The translations under genes were made by a program, and so were the position numbers. Below are positions 28,500 to 37,244 of a stretch of DNA of 64,000 bases, piece after piece. The notes under the pieces are model-generated. The model saw nothing but the letters and a program-made list of their open reading frames with translations, was not told the origin of the DNA and did not search any database. This stretch comes from FCB group bacterium (lineage in GTDB: Bacteria > Fidelibacterota > Marinisomatia > Marinisomatales > J089). The stretch lies in contig JAADFQ010000237.1 of assembly GCA_013152835.1 (NCBI GenBank), forward strand, positions 138 through 64,137. Reading direction: 5' to 3'. The first letter of the stretch is position 1. Each line of letters opens with the position of its first letter.

Positions 28500-30940
28500 A
28501 TTGACCAACCGAAGGAAACCACAAGACCGCCAAACCATACCCAAATCCAGACGGTACGGAATATATCCCGGATGATTTGGGGGAATCGGAGATGCAGCGA
28601 TTCAAGTTTTATCCATCTCCTGCGCATCCAATCCAAATCAATCAGTGTTCGGTCCAGTCCGAGTCGGCTCGAAAGTCGCCAATAATTTCCTGAAAGCAGT
28701 GTTTCCATGTGGGTATAGGAAAAAGGTGTGATCTGAGACCAATCAAGATTCGCTCTCCAATCCGGTTCAACATTTACACCGGAACGGCGATCTGCTCTGG
28801 TCAATAGTGAATCAATCAGATGAACATCCAGGGTTGAATCAAGGGATGCGTAAACAAATCCATGATTTCCATAGTTGTTTCCTGTATTTAAGACCATGGT
28901 TTGGGGATATTCACTGATAATACCGGCCAGAATTTTCATCGCTTGACTGTCGGGATAATCAGGATCGGCCGATCCCTGAGTGGATTCAGCGAATAGTCCT
29001 CCAGGTGCAAGACGCGATTTTAGTAAATTAAAGAAATCCTGATTGTGTAAGAGCATTGTTCCCAGCGTATAAGGTGCGGAAATATCCATCACAATCAAGT
29101 CGTATGTTTTATTGTCAGTGCGTATAAAATGCTTGGCATCATCGATGATGATTTGAGTATTTGTCCAGCGATTAAATTGATTCAAATCTCCCCAGCACTT
29201 TTTAGCAGATTGAACCACATCCGGATCAATTTCCACGAGTGTGGTGGCTTTGGCAAAAGGACCCACCCGTCCCACGGAATACATGGAACCGCACCCCAAT
29301 ATCAGGATATTCAGTTTCTTTTTTTTCTTACTATACTGGTATTGAGCAGGAAGTTCAGCCAGGAAATAGGTGAATTCGGACAAGCCGGTTTCTTGAATCC
29401 ATTCACCCTCCGAATTTGCCTGATATCCGAAATACAGGACACCATTAATGAAGGACCATCGGCCATCGGAGGGAAGACCGGGAAGGGAATGAGTATCCAG
29501 TATCTCAATCGTGTGGTACATGCTGTTCGCCTGATAACATAGCGAGGGGTTACTGTATCCACGCATTGCATAATAATCCTGAGTGACGGCCAGCTTTATC
29601 CCGGGTCCACGACTCAGAAGAAACACCAGAATTCCGATCGCGGCAATCAACTGAAATGTCCATAACTGATGAGGCGCCGATAGCATCCAGAGAATCAGGA
29701 AGAAAATGGCAAAATAAACCGGTTGAATCCACTGCGGGAACCAGAGCGTGAATAAAATCAGTAATCCTGTTCCTGCAACGGCACCGGCTAATTCTCGGGA
29801 ATAGGAGCGAACCAGTTTTAAGGAAGGCGATGTGAATTCGGTGAACCGGGGTAGAAAAAGAGAATAAAAACTTGAAGTAACAAAAGCCGAGAAAAACAGA
29901 ATTCCGATCAAAGCCCACCATCCGGCTCCGAGATAAATTGCCATCGAAGCAAAATATTTAAGAAATAAAAAAATATCCAGATGCAGGAAGAGAGTGACCC
30001 ATCCCAAAGGAAGAAAAAAACGGTTAGGGATTCGTGGTGCGGCCAGATAACCAACGGAATACCCAATAAAGTAGGCCGTGGCTACAATCAGAACGGATAA
30101 TTCTGAAGCAGCCAGTAAAGTTGAGAATTCCCGTGTGATAAAGAACTGAAGCAGAATCAGGTTTACGCCCGATAGGAAGAGAATATTTTTTTTCTTCTTA
30201 ACGGATATCCGGTTTTTGTCAATTGAAAAACCTGTCTTATGAAATGAAATAGCTTCGGATCGTGATAAGCAAAGGGTGACGACCAATACCGATAGTAATG
30301 CTGCCAGACCATAGAATTTAAAGGACAGCATCCCCAAAATTCCCAAAAGTAAAATTGGCAACCAAACCGGATAAGTAAAATAAACCAGCATAATCAAAGC
30401 GAGGGAAATAAAAGGCAGAATAAAGGGAGCACGAACCCCCCATTGTACAAAACCAAGGAGGCTGGTAACAAAACCCAGAATAAAACCATTATTTTCGTGG
30501 AAAAAAAGTTGTGCCGTGGATTGCGATTCAGCCCGGGTTCTGAATAATGCTCCGGCCGGAGCAGCCGTTGCCAGGATCAGAATTCCATAAATGGGTAAAA
30601 AAACGATGGTGGGAATAAATGTGACTAATCCCAGAGCGAGCAATCCGTAGGCAATTGTTGACAATAATAAACTGGTGCGGAATGATTTTGGTTTTGCAAA
30701 TCGGAGATTCAAAACGACACCCGCAATCCAAATTACCGAAATAAAAAAATAGCCCATATACGTGGCTGTATAATAACATTGGAATAAAAAATAACTGGAA
30801 ACCTGGAGCAATCCGAAATGAAAACCGGCCAAGACCGGTAATACTTTCTCTCTCGGATGAAGCAGGGGAAAAGAGATGGGTATTGAATCTCCTTCGGGCA
30901 TTGTTTTTCCCGAAGCGGTTATCTTATGGCCAACTGACAA
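28469..30940 (-). CDS. polytopic membrane domain fused to spermidine-synthase-like (PABS/class I MTase fold) domain
   Basis: The N-terminal ~480 aa are highly hydrophobic. The C-terminal part has LNILILGCGSMYSVGR...LVEIDPDVVQSAKK...YDLIVMDISAPYT...APGGLFAES, a PABS-like layout in which GGGDG is replaced by GCGSMY. Confidence 0.7.
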   Translation of the reverse strand: MSVGHKITASGKTMPEGDSIPISFPLLHPREKVLPVLAGFHFGLLQVSSYFLFQCYYTATYMGYFFISVIWIAGVVLNLRFAKPKSFRTSLLLSTIAYGLLALGLVTFIPTIVFLPIYGILILATAAPAGALFRTRAESQSTAQLFFHENNGFILGFVTSLLGFVQWGVRAPFILPFISLALIMLVYFTYPVWLPILLLGILGMLSFKFYGLAALLSVLVVTLCLSRSEAISFHKTGFSIDKNRISVKKKKNILFLSGVNLILLQFFITREFSTLLAASELSVLIVATAYFIGYSVGYLAAPRIPNRFFLPLGWVTLFLHLDIFLFLKYFASMAIYLGAGWWALIGILFFSAFVTSSFYSLFLPRFTEFTSPSLKLVRSYSRELAGAVAGTGLLILFTLWFPQWIQPVYFAIFFLILWMLSAPHQLWTFQLIAAIGILVFLLSRGPGIKLAVTQDYYAMRGYSNPSLCYQANSMYHTIEILDTHSLPGLPSDGRWSFINGVLYFGYQANSEGEWIQETGLSEFTYFLAELPAQYQYSKKKKKLNILILGCGSMYSVGRVGPFAKATTLVEIDPDVVQSAKKCWGDLNQFNRWTNTQIIIDDAKHFIRTDNKTYDLIVMDISAPYTLGTMLLHNQDFFNLLKSRLAPGGLFAESTQGSADPDYPDSQAMKILAGIISEYPQTMVLNTGNNYGNHGFVYASLDSTLDVHLIDSLLTRADRRSGVNVEPDWRANLDWSQITPFSYTHMETLLSGNYWRLSSRLGLDRTLIDLDWMRRRWIKLESLHLRFPQIIRDIFRTVWIWVWFGGLVVSFGWSIYSKDSNRHN

Positions 30941-31133
30941 TAATAAGAGTCAAACTCAATATAACCAAAATCGCACCGGTGATATAGCGATGGGCCAGAG
31001 CACCTTCGTCCGTTGTAATGATTCGATTCCCCAGTTCGTTTAATCTTTTTACAAATTCCGGATTAAACATAAGCAGCAGTCCGAACACCAGAGCGATAGC
31101 GGCGATAATTGGTATGAAAGGTATGATACTCAT
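30924..31133 (-). CDS. 69-aa two-TM protein (paralog of 37802-38011)
   Basis: Two hydrophobic helices flank FNPEFVKRLNELGNRIITTDEGALAHRYITGA. It is alignable to the other 69-aa ORF (FFPRLLLQLSQWANQIIFRDDIFIKKNRATGA). Confidence 0.55.
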   Translation of the reverse strand: MSIIPFIPIIAAIALVFGLLLMFNPEFVKRLNELGNRIITTDEGALAHRYITGAILVILSLTLIIVSWP

Positions 31134-31186
31134 TTGGAAATATTCTGTAGATCCATATTACACATAATCCTCCAAAATCGAAAAAA

Positions 31187-32782
31187 TTAAGGCATGGTAA
31201 ATGATATTGTTTGATCCGATCCGCATTTGAAATGGAGCGTCAGCGTAAAATTTGCTCCGGTAACATCTGCTTTGGTGCTGCCGGTAGCGTTAAGATAGAA
31301 GTCCATCCGGTTCAACAGGATATATCCACCGCCGGAAATAAAGGCTGGGGGCTGCGTTTTACAAAAAGTGATATCCACGCCATTCACATTATCCACCAAC
31401 TGCCGTGATTGATTACCGCACCAGGATTGGTTGGCCTGCCAGTAAATCGTGGAAGCGTTAATAAAGGATATGATATTAAGATACGGACTTGGACTCACAT
31501 CACATTTAATTTGCATACCGGTAATAGTAGTGGCTGCACTCCCTGTATTATGGATTCGAAGGCGAACACGATATAGTTGTGGTTTGGTTAGATTCGAATA
31601 AGAAATTACTGCCGGTGAACAGGTCCCACTGGTTGAAAAACTCACCGTTTGGTTTGGTGTCAGACTGGAAAAGAAAGATATTCGGAAGGTAACGTCATTC
31701 ATGGGTTGAACGGTTCCGTTTCCGTCCACCTGGTCCTGGAAAGCAATGGGTCCGATAGTGGTATTGCCGGAGGGTAGTGAAAGGGTATTATCCAACACCA
31801 ACCGGGCTCCGGTAGAGGCCAGAGCACTTCGATTTATCGTATTCCATTTCCAGTAGTCGGTTCCGTTAACGGTAATATTGGCCATATAGGCGTAATCGCA
31901 CTCCCAACAAAGGGAATTGGACCAGCTCACACTGATCTGAGAAATATCCATGATAGTATTACCGGAATTGTTCACGGTAAACGTGAGCTCGGAATTATTT
32001 GTACCTCCGAGGGAAGCTGTTCCGGCCACATAAGTGAGTGTCCCAAAGGTAGGATTAACCGTGTATTCCAACCCTTCCGTCGGACTCGTCGTAGAATTAT
32101 TCGGTCCTACGCTGAGATGTCGTAAAGAAGTATCACCGGAAACAATAAACCGGAGCGTTGCAATGCCTATTGGTACGGAGGAAATATTATATCCCAGAGT
32201 TTTTGAGTAAGTCATTGTTTGCCAGGGGTCACCGCCGTATTGGATCTGAACGGTGGCATCGCTGTCACGGAGAGGATAACCATCGCCGTTTCGTACTCGC
32301 AAAGCGACAGTGTTATTTAATATTTCGGATTTATCATTGGCAATCTTTAACACAATAGGATCACCATCACCGGGACTGGTTAATGTTACCGGGCCGGAAG
32401 TCGGTACGGAATAAGTTATGGTTGTATTCCAGCCATCCCGAAAGAGAGCGGTAGGATCTTCTTTAATTCCCGTGTAATCACCATAAGGACCATCCCAGCC
32501 GGCAACTCCCGGGTCTGTAAGCAAATCGTTTAAACTGGTTGGAAATTGACCGGTGTCGCCTACATAACCATAATCAATACGTACACCGTTTTCCACGATT
32601 TTCGGATTTCCCACGATGGCGTATTTGATTTTGTTCATATTTGCAATGGTCAGATTAAAATTTCGGTTCGTGCTGATACGGGCCAGGGATCGGAATCCTA
32701 CAGCGCTGAGAATACCGATAATAACAATTACCATGACTAACTCAATGAGTGTGAAACCGAGATATGATTTAGATTGCTTCAC
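31187..32782 (-). CDS. giant modular GspG-like pseudopilin (P2)
   Basis: A GTG at 32782 gives the leader MKQSKSYLG|FTLIELVMVIVIIGILSA and removes the 37-nt overlap implied by ATG 32827. GspG-like GDTGQFPTSLNDLL...GWDGPYG...DGWNTTITY, followed by beta-modules. Confidence 0.8.
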   Translation of the reverse strand: MKQSKSYLGFTLIELVMVIVIIGILSAVGFRSLARISTNRNFNLTIANMNKIKYAIVGNPKIVENGVRIDYGYVGDTGQFPTSLNDLLTDPGVAGWDGPYGDYTGIKEDPTALFRDGWNTTITYSVPTSGPVTLTSPGDGDPIVLKIANDKSEILNNTVALRVRNGDGYPLRDSDATVQIQYGGDPWQTMTYSKTLGYNISSVPIGIATLRFIVSGDTSLRHLSVGPNNSTTSPTEGLEYTVNPTFGTLTYVAGTASLGGTNNSELTFTVNNSGNTIMDISQISVSWSNSLCWECDYAYMANITVNGTDYWKWNTINRSALASTGARLVLDNTLSLPSGNTTIGPIAFQDQVDGNGTVQPMNDVTFRISFFSSLTPNQTVSFSTSGTCSPAVISYSNLTKPQLYRVRLRIHNTGSAATTITGMQIKCDVSPSPYLNIISFINASTIYWQANQSWCGNQSRQLVDNVNGVDITFCKTQPPAFISGGGYILLNRMDFYLNATGSTKADVTGANFTLTLHFKCGSDQTISFTMP

Positions 32783-32790
32783 AGTATAGT

Positions 32791-34407
32791 TTAAAGCGTG
32801 AAAGCGATCGTTTGGGTATTTCCGCATTGAAGAATGAACTGGAGGGTATAGGATTGTCCAACTTTTACGGGAACATTGGTGGTTCCGCTCAGATTTTTCC
32901 GGATACGAATATCCACTGTTGCCGTTCCACCGGCATTGATTGTGGGTAAGGCATAGGTACAGATTGAAAAATCGGCAGTACCTACAGCGTTATTGGCAAT
33001 TGTTGGGCGGGCTACGCTGCTGCAAGCGGCTACATCAGCTCGCCAGACATTTGTGGCGTTGAATTGAATTCGTTCCAGATAAGCGGTAGAGGTCGTGATA
33101 TCAGAAGAAACGGTCATGGAAGTAACTGTGACCGGTAGGACTCCCGGATTCTGGATCGTTAGATGGAAGCGGGCGTTATTTACTCGTGAAGCGGCTACAC
33201 TCACTACCAAACTGGGAGCCGGGCAGGTTGTTGTATTATCAAAAGTTATCGTTTGGGAAGGGGCGGTCGAGGATTCGAATTTGATTGTAAACCGGGTAGC
33301 ATTCATATTGATCGTATTGGCTGTAGATCCGTCAGTCCCGTCCAGAAATATTAACGGTCCGATTGAATTTACTCCGGTATAGAGCGACATGCTGGCATCT
33401 AAAATCACTTGGGCACCGCTGGGTACCAGGGACGAACGTCCGTAGGTATTCCATTTCCAATAAGTCAATGTCTTTTTGACTTCGGAAAGGTAGGCGGATT
33501 GACAATTCCAGCAGTCATTGGGCAGTTTGTCCCAGGTAATGGTCATTTTACTAATCTTGAATGTAGGTGTCCCCGTATTCGTAACAGTAAACGAAACCTG
33601 ATTATTTCCTGCCCCGGAAACAGATGCTGAACCGGAAACATAGGTTAAATTACCATAATCGGGATAGACCGTCATTTTAATCGTTCCGCCGGTCGTACCA
33701 TTCGCTTCTTCCACCGATAGTGTTTTATAAACCGTATCGCCTGCGGAAATGGCCCTTAACTGTCTAAGTCCAATAGGAACGGTAGAAATTTTAAAACCGT
33801 TTGCTGAAGAGTAAGTCAGAGGAGTCCATGCATTGCTATAGTAGACGGCCACGGTTCCGTTCGTTCCGTTTATCTCAACACCGTTTTCCCGGTAAAGGCG
33901 GACTTTGACCGTATTGTTCAGGATGGCATTCAAACTTTCCGCGATTTTCACCGTGATTGTATCGCCATCGGCAGGAGTCCAGATTTTGGGAGTCTTGGTC
34001 CCGACGGTAGGTAGTACATACCGGTAGGATTGACCAAAGGCATCCCGTTTGAAAAAGTTGGGATCACCGGTATAACCGGCTTCCACATAAGGACCGGCCC
34101 ATCCTGGTTTACCGGAAGAGTTCTCGAGTAAATCATCCAGGGTGGGAGGCATGACACCTGTATCACCCACATAACCAAAACTGGTTCTCACATTATTCTG
34201 GATAATGTTGGGATCGCCAACGATGGATTTTTTTAAGTTCTGCATCTCCTCATACGTTTCATTAAATTTGGCATTGAGGGTGATGCGAGTGGTTGTTCTG
34301 ACGGCGACTCCGGCCAGAATTCCCATAATCACAATGACGATGATTAATTCAATGAGGGTGAATCCGCCCCTGGAATCGGTGATCGTCATGCTTGCGAATC
34401 TTGGCAT
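32791..34407 (-). CDS. giant modular GspG-like pseudopilin (P3)
   Basis: ...MTITDSRGG|FTLIELIIVIVIMGILAG (alternative start 34389). GDTGVMPPTLDDLL...GWAGPYV...DAFGQSYRY, followed by two ~120-aa modules. At least 10 N-x-S/T sequons. Confidence 0.8.
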   Translation of the reverse strand: MPRFASMTITDSRGGFTLIELIIVIVIMGILAGVAVRTTTRITLNAKFNETYEEMQNLKKSIVGDPNIIQNNVRTSFGYVGDTGVMPPTLDDLLENSSGKPGWAGPYVEAGYTGDPNFFKRDAFGQSYRYVLPTVGTKTPKIWTPADGDTITVKIAESLNAILNNTVKVRLYRENGVEINGTNGTVAVYYSNAWTPLTYSSANGFKISTVPIGLRQLRAISAGDTVYKTLSVEEANGTTGGTIKMTVYPDYGNLTYVSGSASVSGAGNNQVSFTVTNTGTPTFKISKMTITWDKLPNDCWNCQSAYLSEVKKTLTYWKWNTYGRSSLVPSGAQVILDASMSLYTGVNSIGPLIFLDGTDGSTANTINMNATRFTIKFESSTAPSQTITFDNTTTCPAPSLVVSVAASRVNNARFHLTIQNPGVLPVTVTSMTVSSDITTSTAYLERIQFNATNVWRADVAACSSVARPTIANNAVGTADFSICTYALPTINAGGTATVDIRIRKNLSGTTNVPVKVGQSYTLQFILQCGNTQTIAFTL

Positions 34408-34463
34408 ACAAAGGACCTGGCTGGGGGGATCTCAGCCAGGTTGGCCTATTGCTGATTCAAAGA

Positions 34464-37232
34464 TTAGTGACCATGATCATGGTGTCCGCCGCCACCGTGG
34501 TCGTTATGGTTATTTCCACCTGTACCCGGTGTTGTGAAGGTCAACGTATAATCACAGTTATCCCCCACACCAGTAAGTTCCACCGAGAAATCAACACCGC
34601 GCATATCCACGTAACTACCACCGGTAAGTGCATCCTTGAATTTGTAAAATACCAAGGTAACCCGGTCATTCACATCCAGGAAGATGTAATTATTCAAGTC
34701 AAGAACGCCGCCACTGGATAAGCGATCATCACTACCGGCATCCCAGTATGTTGCACTTCCTACCTTGAATTTGGATGCGTAGGCGTCGGATTCATTCCAG
34801 AAACCAGTGATCTGTTTGATCTGGATCGGACTGTCCCCTGTGTTTTTCACGTCAAATTCGACGGTGTAATGCCGTGAGCCGGACACGTCGACATTATTGT
34901 TGTAAATGCCTAATGAGGGACCCGAACGACTATCCGTATCAAATTCGAAGGGATATTGCGTACCGTCGGTAGCGATAAAGGTGACCTTAATGTGGTGACC
35001 GCGCATATCCAGTCGATCGCCGTTGCCATTCACATGATCCTGTTCAACGGAGCACTCAAAACTGTCTTCCTGGTTTGGTGTGCCGCACTCATCGCCGTGA
35101 GCCTTGTGAGCTTCCCAGGCATCAGTGATAATACAGAGAACCTGGGGATTTTCGGTGTCGCCATCCGGATAATGAGTAATTGTAATTTTACCGTCTCCAT
35201 CGCTGTCCGGACAATCCGGTGGAGAATAATGGGATCCGGAATTACCACCGCCATGATTCCCATGATCATTATGGCTTCCATGGCCGTTATGGTTTCCATG
35301 ACCGTGATCATTGTGGTTGTTGCATCCACTGCCCTGGTTTGTACAACTATATCGATGGATATATCCCGAACTTGAATTGGATTCATCATCTAAATAATAG
35401 CCATGACCGTTTTCGGTGATAACCGCATTGGTTGCCGTAATGCTGATCCACCATTGTCCCAGGGCCAGACCGCCGGAACGGTTATCATTGTAGAGATTGA
35501 CCGTCATGTTGTTAGAAGAAATATCATATTGCTTTCCATTATCCATTAAATATGATGATCCATTCACCGTGAGACCGTTCTGATTTCCATTCCCTTTTGG
35601 CTTTACATGAACCCAAACCGCCGAACCCTGATAATCGGATGCGGATTGTGTGAGGTCTTCGCGAGTGATGAGACTGCCGTCGGTCTTCACCAGATAAAAC
35701 TGGTGATTACTGTTATTATTAGGATTAAGGTTGATAGAACCACCGATCGTCGATGTGGTAGTGGGGTCAGAATAATGGTCTCCCCAATCCGATCCGCGGG
35801 AAGTCGTAAAGCCTTTCAGCTCTACGGTTTTCGTAGCATCGCAGATGGAGAATAAATCATCAAGGGCCAGGTATTGACCGGAAGCTACCCGGCAGTCTGT
35901 ATTTTTCCAGTAGGATGTACCGCCCAGTTTTATTTCTTCAAGATAAGGAATAGTGCAGGTTGTATCCCATTCAACGATCATTCCACTGATCGTGATACAG
36001 CAATCCCCGGGATTGGTGATATCAAAGGATATGTCCTGACGATCATGTCCGGATGTTTGCAGTGTTCCACTGGCATAGATTAATGATCCCACCGTCGGAG
36101 GCGTTCCCGGAGCGGTGAAGGAAATAAGTTGGGTAGGGGCAAGGTCAGAGTAGAGATAGAACTGGAAAGTTGTTCCATCCAATTGAATAGGGTCGGCCGC
36201 ACCGGTACGAGCATCGGCGTACTTGACTTCCGTTACATTGAGTGGCGTGCCGGGAGTAACCAATAAGGTGCTTCGCAGGACCAATTCCTGGCCGGACACT
36301 GCCCGTACGCCGTTATTATCGACCAGATAATCCCAGTATGTGCTACCGCCGACTTTAAAGGTTTCCAGATAAGGTGTTTGATTACACCAATTGGAGCCGG
36401 ACCATCCAAAGGATAAACTTTTAATGTTAAATTGACAATCTCCGGTTGCATCGGCCTGAAAAGAAACAATGTCATTCAGGGTTCCGCTGAGCGCGGCGGA
36501 ACTGGAATATTGAATGGTGCCATAATCACAGGTAATGGGCGCCGGGTCGCAAGGCGGGTCGGGACATGCCGGTGGATGAAGCGTGTCAGCCCCACCATTA
36601 GCAACAACAGTGACCTCCAGTCCGCAGGCCGGAAAACCATCGCCGTAGAAGCCGAGGGATGAACTATAGTCCAGTTTAATATCTCCACAACCGTAATTGA
36701 CATAAACATCGATAGATGATGAATCCAAAGGAAGACCGTTATCGTCGGTAAACTGATATTGAACGGAATTGTTGAGTGCATCGGTAATTTCGTTAGACAT
36801 ATCCAAGGTAATGGGGTCAGCACCATTTCCCCCTGCCGTTGAAGTTAACGTCAAATTCTGTGTATCCCAGATGTACGGGTTACCCCAGGGATCATAAAGA
36901 TAATCCAGGGGGTTATTTACAAACGTAACATCAAGGTAGGGTCCCAGCCAACTGCAATACTGATTCCCGCCGGGGTCTTGCAATAAGTCCTGAAGTGTAG
37001 TCGGAATTGAACCATTATCGCCGATAAAACCGCAATCACCCTCAGTACAGCCGACAATTCCACATCGGATTTGTTCCATTTCCGATAATGCCTCCGCTTC
37101 CCAACTGGACGGTGTCAGAACAACGATGACTTGTATGGCTGTCGCTGCCAGGATACCCAAAACAACGATTAAAGCGACCAGTTGAAACAGTGTAAAACCT
37201 TTAGTGTTCTTGGTTGTGCGAATTCTTTGCAT
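34464..37232 (-). CDS. 922-aa modular pseudopilin with Gln5 and His-rich tracts (P4)
   Basis: MQRIRTTKNTKG|FTLFQLVALIVVLGILAA, then a GspG-like region GDNGSIPTTLQDLL...WLGPYL...DPWGNPYIW. At least three of the shared modules. Internal tract CNNHNDHGHGNHNGHGSHNDHGNHGGGNSGSH and C-terminal tract GGNNHNDHGGGGHHDHGH. Confidence 0.8.
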   Translation of the reverse strand: MQRIRTTKNTKGFTLFQLVALIVVLGILAATAIQVIVVLTPSSWEAEALSEMEQIRCGIVGCTEGDCGFIGDNGSIPTTLQDLLQDPGGNQYCSWLGPYLDVTFVNNPLDYLYDPWGNPYIWDTQNLTLTSTAGGNGADPITLDMSNEITDALNNSVQYQFTDDNGLPLDSSSIDVYVNYGCGDIKLDYSSSLGFYGDGFPACGLEVTVVANGGADTLHPPACPDPPCDPAPITCDYGTIQYSSSAALSGTLNDIVSFQADATGDCQFNIKSLSFGWSGSNWCNQTPYLETFKVGGSTYWDYLVDNNGVRAVSGQELVLRSTLLVTPGTPLNVTEVKYADARTGAADPIQLDGTTFQFYLYSDLAPTQLISFTAPGTPPTVGSLIYASGTLQTSGHDRQDISFDITNPGDCCITISGMIVEWDTTCTIPYLEEIKLGGTSYWKNTDCRVASGQYLALDDLFSICDATKTVELKGFTTSRGSDWGDHYSDPTTTSTIGGSINLNPNNNSNHQFYLVKTDGSLITREDLTQSASDYQGSAVWVHVKPKGNGNQNGLTVNGSSYLMDNGKQYDISSNNMTVNLYNDNRSGGLALGQWWISITATNAVITENGHGYYLDDESNSSSGYIHRYSCTNQGSGCNNHNDHGHGNHNGHGSHNDHGNHGGGNSGSHYSPPDCPDSDGDGKITITHYPDGDTENPQVLCIITDAWEAHKAHGDECGTPNQEDSFECSVEQDHVNGNGDRLDMRGHHIKVTFIATDGTQYPFEFDTDSRSGPSLGIYNNNVDVSGSRHYTVEFDVKNTGDSPIQIKQITGFWNESDAYASKFKVGSATYWDAGSDDRLSSGGVLDLNNYIFLDVNDRVTLVFYKFKDALTGGSYVDMRGVDFSVELTGVGDNCDYTLTFTTPGTGGNNHNDHGGGGHHDHGH

Positions 37233-37244
37233 AGTCTAACCCCT

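Noticed and set aside
34956-35419. Several 66-139-aa ORFs on both strands (34956-35375 +, 35030-35389 -, 35219-35419 +) rich in Met, Ile, Thr and His
   Set aside because: These are alternative-frame and antisense readings of the His/Gly/Asn codon repeats (CAT/GGT/AAT) within the 922-aa pilin gene. They are artefacts of repetitive codon usage.
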